Shown: positions 1-11,435 of the stretch, piece after piece
How positions within the stretch are numbered: the stretch's first letter is position 1
Layout of the letters: every line of letters starts with the position of its first letter
NCBI GenBank assembly: GCA_965204535.1
Contig: CBDBEV010000001.1
Span: 2,528,001-2,592,000, forward strand
Length of the DNA: 64,000 nt
Direction: 5' to 3'
Source of the DNA: a bacterium
Lineage (GTDB): Bacteria; UBA8248
The notes under the pieces: model-generated
Database searches by the model: none
Told to the model about the DNA's origin: nothing
Seen by the model: only the letters and a program-made list of their open reading frames with translations
Translations under genes and position numbers: made by a program

Positions 1-1695
1 GGCGGCATCCAGGTATGGGGCTCGACCCAGCAGCCCTTCCTGGTGCGGCAGAACGTCGCCCGCATACTGGGGCTACGGGGCGAGAGCTCGGTCCGTTTCG
101 TCCAGACGACCACCGGCGGGGCTTTCGGCGGAAAGAGCGAGGCGAGCCTCGACGTGTGCCTGCGCGCCGCCGTCCTCGCCCGCGCCGCCGGCAGGCCGGT
201 GAAGCTCGTTTATTCGCGCGAGGAGAGCATGATCGCCTCCACCAAGCGCCACGCGGCGTTCATCCGCTCCAGAACCGGGGCGACGAAGGACGGACGCCTG
301 GTGGCCGTCGAGGTGGAGGTCTGGCTCGACAAGGGGGCGTACGTGGCCAACGGGGGGGACAACCCGCCCGCGTTCAAGCGCGCGACCTACCATGCCGCGG
401 GCCCCTACCAGGCGCCCAACGTGAAGGTGGACGTCCACTGCGTGCACACGAACCACCCCTACGGGGGCCAGATGCGCGGTCCGGGATGTCCCCAGGTGCA
501 CTTCGCGGGCGAGCAGCAGATGGACGCGCTCGCCAGGGCGCTTGAGATGGACCCCATCGAGATCAGGCGCGTCAACGGGCTTCGGGTCGGAACACGGACG
601 GCCTGGAACCAGCACCTGCCGGAGAGCGTCGGTTTTCTCGATACGCTGAGCGAGGTGGAGCGGGCCTCTTCCTGGGGGCGGAACGGCGAGGGAAACGGAA
701 GAGCCGCAGACGGCCGCTTGCGCGGGCGCGGCGTGGCGAGTTGCCTCTACGGGACGGGCAACGCGTATTCCCCGGCGGAGGCGCACGTCTTCCTGACAGC
801 CGACGGCAAGGTGCAGGTGGCCGCAGGCGTCGTGGATTTCGGCCAGGGGAGCAAGACGGTGCTTTGCCAGATCGCCGCCGAGACGCTGGACATCCCGTAT
901 CCTGAGTTCCTGATGGATAGCGTGGACACCGCCATCGACCCCTTCGGCGGCACGAGTTCGAGTTCGCGCATCACCATGCAGGGCGGCAAGGCGGTCTACA
1001 ACGCCGCTCTCAAGGCGCGGGAGGAGTTGTTGCGCCTGGGAGGCATTCTGCTGGAGGCGGACCCCCAGGACCTGGAGCTTCGCGGCGGCGTGGTCCGCTC
1101 GCGCTCGCATGAGGAAACCCGAGTCACGCTCGCCGAGATCGCGGGCGCCTTCGTCGCCGATGAACTCAAGCAGATCGGCGCCGCGGACAGCATCCCGCCG
1201 CCCGCCAAAACCGACAAGGAGACCGGCCAGGGCGAGCCGTATGAGATCTACGGCTTCGGCAGCCAGGTGGCCGAGGTGCTCGTGGACGAGGAGACGGGCG
1301 AGGTGGAGGTCACCGGCGTCTGGGCCGCCCACGACGTGGGCCGGGCCATCAGCCCCATGGGTGTGGAGCAGCAGATCGAGGGCGGCGTCTACATGGGTAT
1401 CGGATTCTGCATGATGGAGGAAGTCGTTCAGCGCGAGGGCCTGATGCAGAACCCCGACATGCACGGCTACCTCGCTCCCACGGTCGAAGACGTGCCGGAC
1501 CGGGTGGCGTCCCTCATCGTGGAGGATGCCTACTCGAACGGCCCGTACGGGGCGAAGGGGGTCGGAGAGCAGGTGACCGTGCCCACGGCGGCGGCCATCG
1601 CCAACGCGATCTACGACGCCACGGGCGTGCGGTTCCACGACCTGCCCCTGACGCCGGACAGGGTCGCGATGGCGCTCCTGAAGGCGAGGTCGTGA
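1..1695 (+). CDS. Xanthine dehydrogenase family molybdopterin-binding subunit (5' truncated by window edge)
   Basis: Open frame from base 1 (GGIQVWGSTQQPF...). Motifs GGAFGGK, MRGPGCPQ, DFGQG, GPYGAKGVGE are typical of XDH/CoxL-type large subunits. Confidence 0.9.
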   Translation, partial: GGIQVWGSTQQPFLVRQNVARILGLRGESSVRFVQTTTGGAFGGKSEASLDVCLRAAVLARAAGRPVKLVYSREESMIASTKRHAAFIRSRTGATKDGRLVAVEVEVWLDKGAYVANGGDNPPAFKRATYHAAGPYQAPNVKVDVHCVHTNHPYGGQMRGPGCPQVHFAGEQQMDALARALEMDPIEIRRVNGLRVGTRTAWNQHLPESVGFLDTLSEVERASSWGRNGEGNGRAADGRLRGRGVASCLYGTGNAYSPAEAHVFLTADGKVQVAAGVVDFGQGSKTVLCQIAAETLDIPYPEFLMDSVDTAIDPFGGTSSSSRITMQGGKAVYNAALKAREELLRLGGILLEADPQDLELRGGVVRSRSHEETRVTLAEIAGAFVADELKQIGAADSIPPPAKTDKETGQGEPYEIYGFGSQVAEVLVDEETGEVEVTGVWAAHDVGRAISPMGVEQQIEGGVYMGIGFCMMEEVVQREGLMQNPDMHGYLAPTVEDVPDRVASLIVEDAYSNGPYGAKGVGEQVTVPTAAAIANAIYDATGVRFHDLPLTPDRVAMALLKARS

Positions 1696-1714
1696 TTCCG
1701 GAACGCGTTGGTCC

Positions 1715-1819
1715 GTAGGGGTGGTCGAACTTCCCCGAGGAGGGGGAGTTCGACTGTGCCCGCCGGATTCAAGTAGTTCGTCAATCCGGTTGCAGGGGTC
1801 GTTCGCGAACGACCCCTAC
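1715..1819. repeat. GTAG-tagged REP pair (REPIN-like)
   Basis: GTAG at 1715 followed by a hairpin; perfect 24-bp palindrome AGGGGTCGTTCGCGAACGACCCCT at 1794-1817 ending in CTAC. Confidence 0.7.
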
Positions 1820-1848
1820 GGAAACTCGCGGTTCTCGCCCTGAAAACC

Positions 1849-1990
1849 AACCCCCCCTACCCCCCCTTGTCAGGGGGGCAAAAAAAGAGAACCCCACTGA
1901 CAAGGGGGCAAGAAAAAACAAAAGCCCCTTTACTGTCGGCGGGTGTTGCCTTTTCATACCCCCCTGACAAGGGGGGGTAGGGGGGGGTTG
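1849..1990. repeat. Palindromic repeat family A
   Basis: AACCCCCCCTACCCCCCCTTGTCAGGGGG...CCCCCCTGACAAGGGGGGGTAGGGGGGGGTT. Other copies at 33170, 46326, 56975, 59664, 63076. Confidence 0.85.
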
Positions 1991-2051
1991 CCTTTATTTC
2001 CTGAGGAGAGGGACTTTTTCAACAGCCTCGACAAGGGGATTGGGGGGTTCC

Positions 2052-2133
2052 GTAGGTCGGACATATATGTCCGACATACATGCGGCCCTTGTAGTGGGCG
2101 AAAAAATCAGGGTCGCATATATGCGACCCCTAC
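2052..2133. repeat. GTAG-tagged REP pair (REPIN-like)
   Basis: GTAGGTCGGACATATATGTCCGAC...GGGTCGCATATATGCGACCCCTAC. An inverted counterpart is at 39087-39169. Confidence 0.8.
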
Positions 2134-2173
2134 AGTCCCTTCACGTCGCGCGGGCGAGACGAGCGCGCCCCCG

Positions 2174-4461
2174 TCAATCCTTCCGGTCGAGGGCCATCAG
2201 CAGGGTCGGCAGAAGCAGGAAATCGGCGAGCAGCGCGAAGGAGATCGTGATCGCCACCATCAGGCCGAGCGCCCAACTGACCTCGAACCCCGATGAGGCG
2301 AACACCAGAAAACCGAGTGACAAGACAGCGGTCGTGGTCCACAGCGCGTGGCCCACGGTGCGGAATACGGCGCGTACGGACTCGGTCGCGGAGAGGCCCT
2401 CGCGGCGGAATCTCAGATACTTGCTGAGGAAGTGGATCGTGTCGTCCACGATGATCCCGAACGCGATGGCGGTCATCACGGAGCCGGCGAGACCCAGGCG
2501 GCCGACGAGATGGCCCCAGAGGCCGAAGGTCATGGCGGCGGGAATGAAGTTCGGCACGAGGCTGATGAGGCCGATGCGCACGTTCTTGAAGACCAGGATC
2601 AGAATGAGCGAAATGAGCGCCATGGCGATGATCGTGCCGCGCAGCATGCTGTGGATGTTGCGCAGCGTGAGGTGGGCGAAGACCATGGTGATGCCCGACG
2701 CCTCGGCCGCGAACTCGGGTATGTTGGCGCGGAGCCAGGCTTGCGCGTGTTCGCGAAATCGCGCTGGTCCTTGGAGGATAGGCTGCGGATCACGACGGTC
2801 ATGCGCGTCGTGGATTTGGCGACGTCGATGCGGTTGTTCAGGTCCATGCCGAAGGGGAGCGAAAACTCGTAGAGCAGCAGATATTGCGCGGCGAGCCTGG
2901 GGTCGTCGGGGATTTTGTAAAAGGCCGGGTCGTCGCCGTGCATGTTCTTGTTCAGGCGCTTCATGACGTCCGGGAAGGCCCGCACGTGGCTCACCTTGGG
3001 CTGCTTCCGGCACCATTCGGCGAAGGCTTCGACTTTGCGCAGATACGCGGGGTCGGTGATGCCCCCTTCGCGCCCCGATTTGAGCGAGTATTCCAGCGAA
3101 TCCAGGCCGGTCAGGTTCTCGAACACGAAATCCGTATCGCGGCGGAACTCGTAGCGCTCGTCGAAGTAGTGCGCCCACCGCTCGGTGAGCTCGTTGCGGG
3201 GAATGCCGCTGATGAGAATGAGCGTCAAAACCGCGACGAACGAGAGCAGGTATACGCGGCGTTCGACGACGAAGGCGCCGAGACGATCGAAAACGGAGGA
3301 TTTCTCGGGCGGAATCCGGCGCGCGCGCAGTGGGAGGATCGAAAGCAGCGCCGGCAGCAGCGTCATGGCGTAGACGAAAGAAAACAGCACGCCCAGCGCC
3401 ACGAGATTGCCCAGGACGTGGAAGGGCGGCGAATCGGACGTGTTCAGGCTCAGGAAGCCGATGGCGGTTGTGAGCGAGGTCAGGAACACCGGCCAGGCGT
3501 TGTTCCGAAGCGATTCGGCGATCGACGCGTTCTTGTCGAGCCCGCGCCCCATGCCCAGCAGGGTGGCCGTGACGATGTGGACCGAGTTCGCGACGGAGAT
3601 CGCCATGATGATGATCGGCACGCCGGAATTGGTGGGGCTGAACACCGCCCCGATCCAGCCTGCGATCCCCAGCGTGTTCATCAGGATGAATACGATGGAG
3701 ACGACGATGGCCAGCGTGCCCAGCACCGAGCGCAAAAGGAGCGCGGTCGTGATGATGATCATGAGAAAGACGAGCGGCATGAGCGTTTCCAGCTCTTCTT
3801 TCGTCACGTCGGCGAAGGCGCGGTGCATGATGACGTCGCCGGTCAGGTAAAAGGAGATGTCCGGGTATTTCGCGCGGGCCTTCTGGAGAACGCCGTTCAG
3901 ATAATCGCTTATCTCGATCACCGCGGCGTCGAGGTCGTCAGGAAGGATGAAAGTGATCGCCAGCCCGCCCACGCGCCCGTCCTTCGAGACGAGGCGTCCG
4001 GCGATTTCCTTGGCGCCCAGCGCGATTTTCCGGATTCGCGCGACCTCCGCTTCGCTCAGCGCGCTCGCGTCGTCGACGAGCGGCTCGACGAGCAGGTCGT
4101 CCCCCTCCGCGCGGCTGTGGTTGTAGTTGGTGAGGGAGTCGACGCGGCTCGAATGAGGCGCCTTCCACCCGGCTTCGGTCAACTCCTCGAGCGCGCCGAG
4201 CGCTTCCCTGGTGAACACCGAACCGCTCTTGGGCGCGACGGCGATGAGCGCGGTGTCGGACGTGGAGAAGGTTTTCTCCAGCACCCGGAAGGCGGCGAGC
4301 TGGGGGTTGTCTTCGCCGAACATGATGCGGTAGTCGTTCGTGGTCTTGATGAAGCGCCCGCCCGCTCCCGTGATGAGCAGGATCACGACGGCCAGCGCGA
4401 CGACCAGCCACCGCCGGCGCAGAACGGCGTCGATATAGCGATCCAGTTGCACGGGGGTTAT
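2174..4461 (-). pseudogene. MMPL/RND family transporter, frameshifted (1-nt deletion near 2753)
   Basis: Two overlapping ORFs (2599..4587 and 2174..3178) together align end to end with the intact paralog 6059..8347. TTC GC GAA here versus CTC GAC GAG in the paralog. The paralog's ATG aligns to ATA at 4461; GTG at 4452 is an alternative start. Confidence 0.85.
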
Positions 4462-4528
4462 CGTTTCCTCGTCACGGCCGGGCGCGTAGCGGGCTGGTTT
4501 TTCTGTGTGCGCCGAATCACCGGGTCTC

Positions 4529-5692
4529 TTACCATTTGCTTGATTCCGACGCTTTGACGCGGTCGGGCATCCGGTAGCTGATTCCACCCTCGTCGTACAC
4601 GGAAATCTGCAAAAGCTGCGAAAAATTTTGGGATTTGACGAGCTGTTTGCTGTTCAAGAATCGCAGGACGCGTTGTTTTATCCGGAAACTGTAGAGCGTA
4701 ATCATCGTGTTGAGGCGGGAGTGCTTCGGATACCCGAACTGCTCCGCGAGTTCCTGGCCTATCAGCGCTCTCGAAAGGCGGTAGGCCAGATCCGTCAAAT
4801 CTTCTTGCTCCTTCGGGTCCGTCACGCCGGCGACCGGCGCGATGGCCTTGATCAGCGCGTTCGACATGGCCACCGAATCTTCGCCGGGCGGCGGTTCGCA
4901 CATGTAGGCGATGTTGTGTTTTCTTTCTGCATCCGCGCCGTCGGTGTAGAGGATGGTCTCGGGTATCCCCATGAGGTAGCCCGCGTAGCGCCAGACGGCG
5001 AGAACGCTCTCTTGTTCCTCGATGCTGAAGCTCGTCCCGACGAGTTTCGAGTATCTGAGCAGTTGCATCGAGAAGATAGCGATGGCCAGGCCTAAGTTCG
5101 CCGCGCTCAGCGGCGCGCCCCAGGTTGCCTGGTCCCAGTCGCCTGATTGCGTCAGCAGTTGCCTGATGCGCGCGTGCACGAAACGGACGCGCATGGATAG
5201 TTTCCAGCCGTCCCCATCTCTCCTAAGGCCGCCGGGGTAGAATATCTCCATCAGCTGGCGGTTATTCTGCATGAGGCGCCTGGGAGTCGCCGCCACCCGC
5301 CCGGTCGTGTTGAAGGACTTGGCGATGAGCGTCGAGAAACCCTCCACCAGCACCCCCGTCACGAATGCGACGAGCATGAGGTCGACGTTTACGTTGAAAC
5401 AGCGGGTCCCCGGCTTGAAGGCTTCGTAATCGAGCCAGGAAGGCTCTTCGAAATTCCAGAAGAAATCGCGCAGGGGTTGCGGCGCTTCCTGCAGAACACT
5501 GTCATGCCCTTCGATGCCGGCCTCGATGAACGCGTGCAGGTCATAGACCGGGATGGAGGATATCTCCTCCATGATCGGGTCGAGAACGGGGTCGCCGATG
5601 GTGGCGTGCCGGATGTAGATATCCGCCAGTTCCTGGTCGTGGAGACGGGCCTTGTTCTCATAGCCTTCAACGTATGCGGATGGTATTTCCAT
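4529..5692 (-). CDS. DUF2236 / MpaB-Lcp-like heme oxygenase family protein
   Basis: Motifs GDPVLD, VRFVHARIR (His heme-ligand position of Lcp-like proteins), WGAPLS, WRYAGYLMGIP. GAGGAG precedes ATG 5692; ATG 5719 is an alternative start. Confidence 0.8.
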   Translation of the reverse strand: MEIPSAYVEGYENKARLHDQELADIYIRHATIGDPVLDPIMEEISSIPVYDLHAFIEAGIEGHDSVLQEAPQPLRDFFWNFEEPSWLDYEAFKPGTRCFNVNVDLMLVAFVTGVLVEGFSTLIAKSFNTTGRVAATPRRLMQNNRQLMEIFYPGGLRRDGDGWKLSMRVRFVHARIRQLLTQSGDWDQATWGAPLSAANLGLAIAIFSMQLLRYSKLVGTSFSIEEQESVLAVWRYAGYLMGIPETILYTDGADAERKHNIAYMCEPPPGEDSVAMSNALIKAIAPVAGVTDPKEQEDLTDLAYRLSRALIGQELAEQFGYPKHSRLNTMITLYSFRIKQRVLRFLNSKQLVKSQNFSQLLQISVYDEGGISYRMPDRVKASESSKW

Positions 5693-5908
5693 CGCCGCAA
5701 GGTCTCCTCGAAAGTTCATTCAGCGTTTTCACAAATCTCCGGTGAGACGAAAAATGATCCCAACCCATAGAAACCATGCCTGTCTACTTATTGGGTCCCG
5801 CCGACACGGCGATAAGTAAACTTTCGAAAAACCGTTAAGACACCCCTTTGAATCCTCACCCTCAACTATTTGTTTCAGTTTCCTTTATGGTTTCTTCATA
5901 ACTTCTTG

Positions 5909-5938
5909 AATATACTGTTAAATCCATCCACCGCGCAA
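5909..5938 (-). promoter_or_regulatory. Possible sigma70 promoter for the oxygenase gene
   Basis: Minus strand TTGCGC-N18-TATATT in an AT-rich spacer. Confidence 0.3.
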
Positions 5939-6058
5939 GAGACATTTCAGCCGATTCAGGGTGCGGCTTCTGAGCCTTTATTTATTCCAAATCCCCAAGA
6001 CGAGGATTCACCGGCGTTCTTGAGCCCTTTATCTCTCGGGTGAGATGAACGCACGGCG

Positions 6059-8347
6059 TTACTCCTTCCGATCGATGGCTATTAGAAGGGTCGGAAGAAG
6101 CAGGAAATCGGCCAGGAGCGCGAAGACGAGCGTGATCGCGACCATCAGGCCGAGCGTCTTGCTGCCATGGAATCCCGATGTGGCGAACACCAGGAAGCTC
6201 AGCGACAAAACCGCCGTCGTCGTCCATAGCGCCTGACCCACGATTCGAAAGGCGGCGCGCACGGCCTCGGGTGCCGGGAGGCCCATCCGGCGGGCTTTCA
6301 GATATCGACTCATAAAGTGGATCGTATCGTCCACGATGATTCCGAACGCGATGGCGGTCATCAACGAGCCGGCAAAGTCCACCTGGCCGACCAGGTAGCC
6401 CCACAGGCCGAAGGTCATGGCGGCGGGGATGAAGTTGGGCACGAGGCTGATGAGGCCCAGCCGAACGCTTTTGAAAACCAGGATGAGAAGAAACGAGATC
6501 AGCAGCATGGCGATGATCGTGCCGCGCAGCATACTGTGGATGTTGCGCAGGGAAAGATGCGCGAAGATCATGGTGATGCCCGACGCTTCGGTCGCAAACT
6601 CGGGTATGTTGGCGCGGAGCCAGGCTTTGGCGCGCTCGTCGAGTTCGCGCTGGTCCCTGGAGGAGCGGTTGCGAACCATGACGCTCATTCGCGTCGTGGA
6701 TTTGGCGACGTCGATGCGGTCGTTGAGGTCCATGCCGAAGGGGAGCGATAACTCATAGAGCAGGAGATACTGCGCGGCGAGCTTGGGATCCTGAGGGAGC
6801 TTGTAGAAAGCCGGGTCGTCACCGTGCAAGTTCTTGTTCAAACGCTTCATGATGTCCGAAAAAGCCTGGACGTGGCTCACTTCCGGCTGGGCGCGGAACC
6901 ATTCGGCGAAGGTCTCGACTTTTTTCAGGTATTCGGGATCGGTGATGCCGCCTTCGCGCCCCGCTTTCAGTGCGTATTCCAGGAAGTTCATGCTGTTCAG
7001 GTTATCAAAGATGAAATCCGAATCGCGCCGGAACCGGTAGCGCTCGTCGAAATAGTGCGCCCATCTGTCGGTCAACTCGTTGCGGGGAATGCCTGTGATG
7101 AGAACAGCCGTCAGAACAGCGACGAAACAGAGCAGAAACGCATGGCGCTTGACCACGAAAGCGCCGAAGCGGACGAAAAAAGGGGGTTTGCCGGAGGGTA
7201 TTCGGCGCGCGCGCAACGGCAGAATCGAGAGGACGGCCGGCAGCAGGGTCATCGAGTAGACGAAGGCCCAGAGCACGCCGAGCGCCACGAGATTTCCCAG
7301 AATACGGGCGGGAGGCGAATCCGAGGAGTTCAGGCTCAGGAATCCGATTGCGGTCGTGATCGAGGTCAGAAACACCGGCCAGGCGTTGGTCCGAAGCGAT
7401 TCGGCAACCGCCTTGCCCTTGTCCAGCCCATGGCCCATGCCCAGCAGGGTGGTCGTGATGATGTGGATCGAGTGGGCGACGCATGTCGCCATGACGATGG
7501 TCGGTACGCCGGCGTTGACGGGGCTGAACACCGTGCCGAGCCAGCCCGCAATCCCCATCGTGTTGAAGATGACGAACCCGATCACGACAATGATGGAAAA
7601 CGTGCCGAGAAACGAGCGCAGGAGAAGTGTGCTGATGACGATGATCATGACGAACACGATTGGAGCCAGGAAGACGAAATCATTGTAAGTCGCCACGGAG
7701 AAAGTGCGGTTACTGATCACGTCGCCGCTCAGGTAATAGGCGATCTCCGGGTATCTCGCACCGGCTTTCTTCAACAGAGCGTTCAGGTGGTCGTTTATCG
7801 AGACCACCGCAGCATCCATGTCGTCGGGCAGGACGAAAGTGATCACCAGCCCGGCCACATGCCCCTTCCGGGAGACGAGACGACCAGGCAGATCGCGCGA
7901 CTCAAGCGCGATTTTCCTGATTCGCGCGAGATCGGCATTGCTCAGCGAGTGCGCGTCATCGACGAGCGGCTCGACGATCAGTTCATCTCCCTGCGCCCGG
8001 CTGTGGAGGTAGTTCGTAAGGGAGTCGACTCGTCTGGAGTGGGGCGTTCGCCAAGCGGCTTCCGTCAATTCCTCGAGCGCGCCGAGCGCCTCGCGGGTGA
8101 AAACGGAACCTCCCCGGGGCGCGATGGCGATGAACGCCATGTTGGATGTGGAAAAAATGTTCTCGAGCGCCTGGAAATCGACATACTGTGGATTCTCTTC
8201 GCTGAACATGATGCGGTAGTCGTTCGTGACGCCGATGAGGCGCGACCCCGCTCCCGTGATCAGCGTGAGCAATGTGGCGAGTGTGATCACCAGCCACCGG
8301 TATCGAAGAATCATCTCGATATAACGGTCCAGCAGTAGAGATATCAT
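6059..8347 (-). CDS. MMPL/RND family transporter (intact)
   Basis: 762 aa with two MMPL halves. Motifs LTSITTAIGFLSL and GIIVDDTIHF. Confidence 0.9.
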   Translation of the reverse strand: MISLLLDRYIEMILRYRWLVITLATLLTLITGAGSRLIGVTNDYRIMFSEENPQYVDFQALENIFSTSNMAFIAIAPRGGSVFTREALGALEELTEAAWRTPHSRRVDSLTNYLHSRAQGDELIVEPLVDDAHSLSNADLARIRKIALESRDLPGRLVSRKGHVAGLVITFVLPDDMDAAVVSINDHLNALLKKAGARYPEIAYYLSGDVISNRTFSVATYNDFVFLAPIVFVMIIVISTLLLRSFLGTFSIIVVIGFVIFNTMGIAGWLGTVFSPVNAGVPTIVMATCVAHSIHIITTTLLGMGHGLDKGKAVAESLRTNAWPVFLTSITTAIGFLSLNSSDSPPARILGNLVALGVLWAFVYSMTLLPAVLSILPLRARRIPSGKPPFFVRFGAFVVKRHAFLLCFVAVLTAVLITGIPRNELTDRWAHYFDERYRFRRDSDFIFDNLNSMNFLEYALKAGREGGITDPEYLKKVETFAEWFRAQPEVSHVQAFSDIMKRLNKNLHGDDPAFYKLPQDPKLAAQYLLLYELSLPFGMDLNDRIDVAKSTTRMSVMVRNRSSRDQRELDERAKAWLRANIPEFATEASGITMIFAHLSLRNIHSMLRGTIIAMLLISFLLILVFKSVRLGLISLVPNFIPAAMTFGLWGYLVGQVDFAGSLMTAIAFGIIVDDTIHFMSRYLKARRMGLPAPEAVRAAFRIVGQALWTTTAVLSLSFLVFATSGFHGSKTLGLMVAITLVFALLADFLLLPTLLIAIDRKE

Positions 8348-8578
8348 CGTCCTGGCATCGCTGTCGGGTGTGGCGGCGGGTTTGTCGATTCAGGCCACGG
8401 CGCTGTCGTCGCGACCTGGTTTCTTCGGGTGATGTGGAGAGGAGCACCAGGGTCGGAACTCATTTCCCTGTACGAAACCTGGAGAACCCTCCTTGGAAGG
8501 GTCTCTTCATTCGTTGCTCGGCTTCCACCACAACGACACGAGAATACGATGAAAGGGCTCTGTTGTGCGAGGGTTTTT

Positions 8579-9289
<711 letters not shown>

Positions 9290-9290
9290 G

Positions 9291-10046
9291 TCACTCCGCC
9301 TTTCCGAGATAGATTTCCTGCACCCTGGGGTCGTTGCGGATGTCTTCGCTGGGTCCTTCGGCGAGCACCTCACCGTAGTGCAGAACGCTGATGTGGGAGA
9401 CAACCTCGAATATCACGTCCAGATCGTGTTCGATCAGAAGAATGGCGATTCCGGGGTCGAGTGATTTCAGGAAATCAGCCATCTCGTGGGATTCGCCCGT
9501 GGCCAGGCCGGCGGAGGGTTCGTCGAGGAGCAACACTTTGGGGTCGCTCGCCAGAGCCAGGACGATCTCGAGTTGGCGCTGCTCACCGTGGGAGAGGTTG
9601 CGGACTTCCTGATCCCTCAAGTGCCAGAAGTTCACGTCGGTGAGCAGTTTTTCGGCTTTTTCGTATACGTCCTTGTACTTGAACAGCGGCTTGAGCATCA
9701 TCATCTTCATCTTACGCAGGCCCTGCACGGCGAGAAGGACGTTCTCGAGCACAGTGAGCTTGGGAAACAGGCTGGTGATCTGGAAGGTGCGCGCCATCCC
9801 CAAAGCCACGCGCTTATGCGTGGGCCATCCCGAGACGTCCTGCCCGAAAAGGCGGATGCGGCCCGAGGTGAGCGGGAGCACGCCCGTTATCAGGTGAAAC
9901 AGCGTGGTTTTGCCTGCTCCGTTCGGCCCCAGGATTCCCCGCCGTTCGCCGAGGTTCAGGCGCAGGTTCACGTCCTCGACGGCGTGCAGGCCGCCGAAAT
10001 GCTTGGTGACGCTCTCCAGCTCCAGCCCTTGTTGCGCGTTCGTCAA
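9291..10046 (-). CDS. livG: Branched-chain amino acid-type ABC transporter ATP-binding protein
   Basis: GPNGAGKT, LSHGEQRQLE, DEPSAG, C-terminal VQEIYLG. Confidence 0.9.
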   Translation of the reverse strand: MTNAQQGLELESVTKHFGGLHAVEDVNLRLNLGERRGILGPNGAGKTTLFHLITGVLPLTSGRIRLFGQDVSGWPTHKRVALGMARTFQITSLFPKLTVLENVLLAVQGLRKMKMMMLKPLFKYKDVYEKAEKLLTDVNFWHLRDQEVRNLSHGEQRQLEIVLALASDPKVLLLDEPSAGLATGESHEMADFLKSLDPGIAILLIEHDLDVIFEVVSHISVLHYGEVLAEGPSEDIRNDPRVQEIYLGKAE

Positions 10047-10128
10047 AACCTGGTTGCTCCTTCGAAAAGTCTGCCGGCGCGAATCCGCCGCCCGGACCGT
10101 GAAGCCCGGACGGCGGGAAAAGTCGCCC

Positions 10129-11382
10129 TTACTTACAATGCGGGCACGGCGGGTACTTCTTGCTGTACACGGGTTGTTTCAGGAATTCCTTCGCCGGCCA
10201 CTTCCAGAACTGACCCACCGCGGGGTAGGTCTTTATCACGAGGTTCCAGAGCGAATTCGACTTCACGCCCAGACCCAGGCGATCGCCCTTCACGCGCGTC
10301 ACCCGGCGGATGTAGCTGTTGTGCACCGGGTTTCCGTAAGCGTCCAGATACACCGGCCCTCTGATGGCGTTGATGCGGATGGTCTTGAACGCCTTGAGGA
10401 ACGCATCGGTGTCGTCCGGCTTGTAGCCGATCTTCTTGAGCGTGAGGTCCACCCACTGACCCGTGGTGTAGCAGGACTCCGAGTAGTAGGAGGCCATCTT
10501 TCCGTAGCGCTGCTGATACTCCTTGACGAACGCCTTGTTCTTGTCCGTCGTGAGAGCGGCGCTGTACTGCGAGGCCGTCACGTAGCCGAGCGCTTCATCG
10601 CCCATGCTGGGCAGGATGAACTCGTCCGCGCTCGTCACGCCGCCGAGCATCGGCATCTTGAAGCCCGCGGCGCGGAACTGCTTCGGGAAGGCCAGGGACA
10701 TGGGGCCGACCATCAGCGTGAAGATGGCGTCGGCGTCCTTGGGGATCTGCGGCAGATAGGGACCGAAGTCCTTCGTGCCGAGTTTCGCCCAGATCTTCTT
10801 GACGATCTTGCCGCCGCGCGCCTCAAAGGCCTTGTGGAAGCCGCCCACGGTCTCGTAGCCGAACGCGTAGTCAGCACCGATGGTGACCACGTTGCGGTAG
10901 CCCTGGTCGTAGGCCCACTCGGCGAGGGGATGGCTGTTCTGGCTGCTCGTGAAGCCGCTGCGCAGGAAGTGTTTGAAGAGCTTGCGCTGTGTGAGGTCGT
11001 CCGCCGCCGGCACGGGCGAGATATAGGGCACCTTGAAGCGGTTGGACACCGGCGCGAGCGCATACCCGGTGCTGGCGAGCAGGCCGCCGATGAACATGTG
11101 CACCTTGTCGCGCTTGATGAGCTTGAGCGCCTTGCGCACGTTCACGGCCGGCTTGCCGGTCGAGTCCTCGAGGATGAACTTGACGTCCAGGGGACCCATC
11201 TTGTTCTTCGTGTGCGCCAGGTACATCTTGAAGCCGTTGCTCATGTCCTTGCCGATCTGGGCGAAGATGCCCGTCATCGGCGCGATGAACCCGATGCGCA
11301 CCTCGGCGGCCTGAGCGCTGCCGGATCCGGCGGCGAAGGCGATGCCGAGCGCTGCGATGATGGTGATCAGTTTCCGTTTCAT
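10129..11382 (-). CDS. Liv-family (PBP1) ABC substrate-binding protein
   Basis: Signal peptide; IGFIAPMTG, ADYAFGYE motifs; lies within the liv operon. Confidence 0.88.
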   Translation of the reverse strand: MKRKLITIIAALGIAFAAGSGSAQAAEVRIGFIAPMTGIFAQIGKDMSNGFKMYLAHTKNKMGPLDVKFILEDSTGKPAVNVRKALKLIKRDKVHMFIGGLLASTGYALAPVSNRFKVPYISPVPAADDLTQRKLFKHFLRSGFTSSQNSHPLAEWAYDQGYRNVVTIGADYAFGYETVGGFHKAFEARGGKIVKKIWAKLGTKDFGPYLPQIPKDADAIFTLMVGPMSLAFPKQFRAAGFKMPMLGGVTSADEFILPSMGDEALGYVTASQYSAALTTDKNKAFVKEYQQRYGKMASYYSESCYTTGQWVDLTLKKIGYKPDDTDAFLKAFKTIRINAIRGPVYLDAYGNPVHNSYIRRVTRVKGDRLGLGVKSNSLWNLVIKTYPAVGQFWKWPAKEFLKQPVYSKKYPPCPHCK

Positions 11383-11435
11383 GTTTTTTCCTCCCTCGTT
11401 TCGTCTCGCTCAGGAGACGCGGTGCCGCGCCGTCC

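Noticed and set aside
2740-2770. Programmed frameshift in the first MMPL gene
   Set aside because: No slippery heptamer or homopolymer; a simple 1-nt deletion relative to the paralog explains it.
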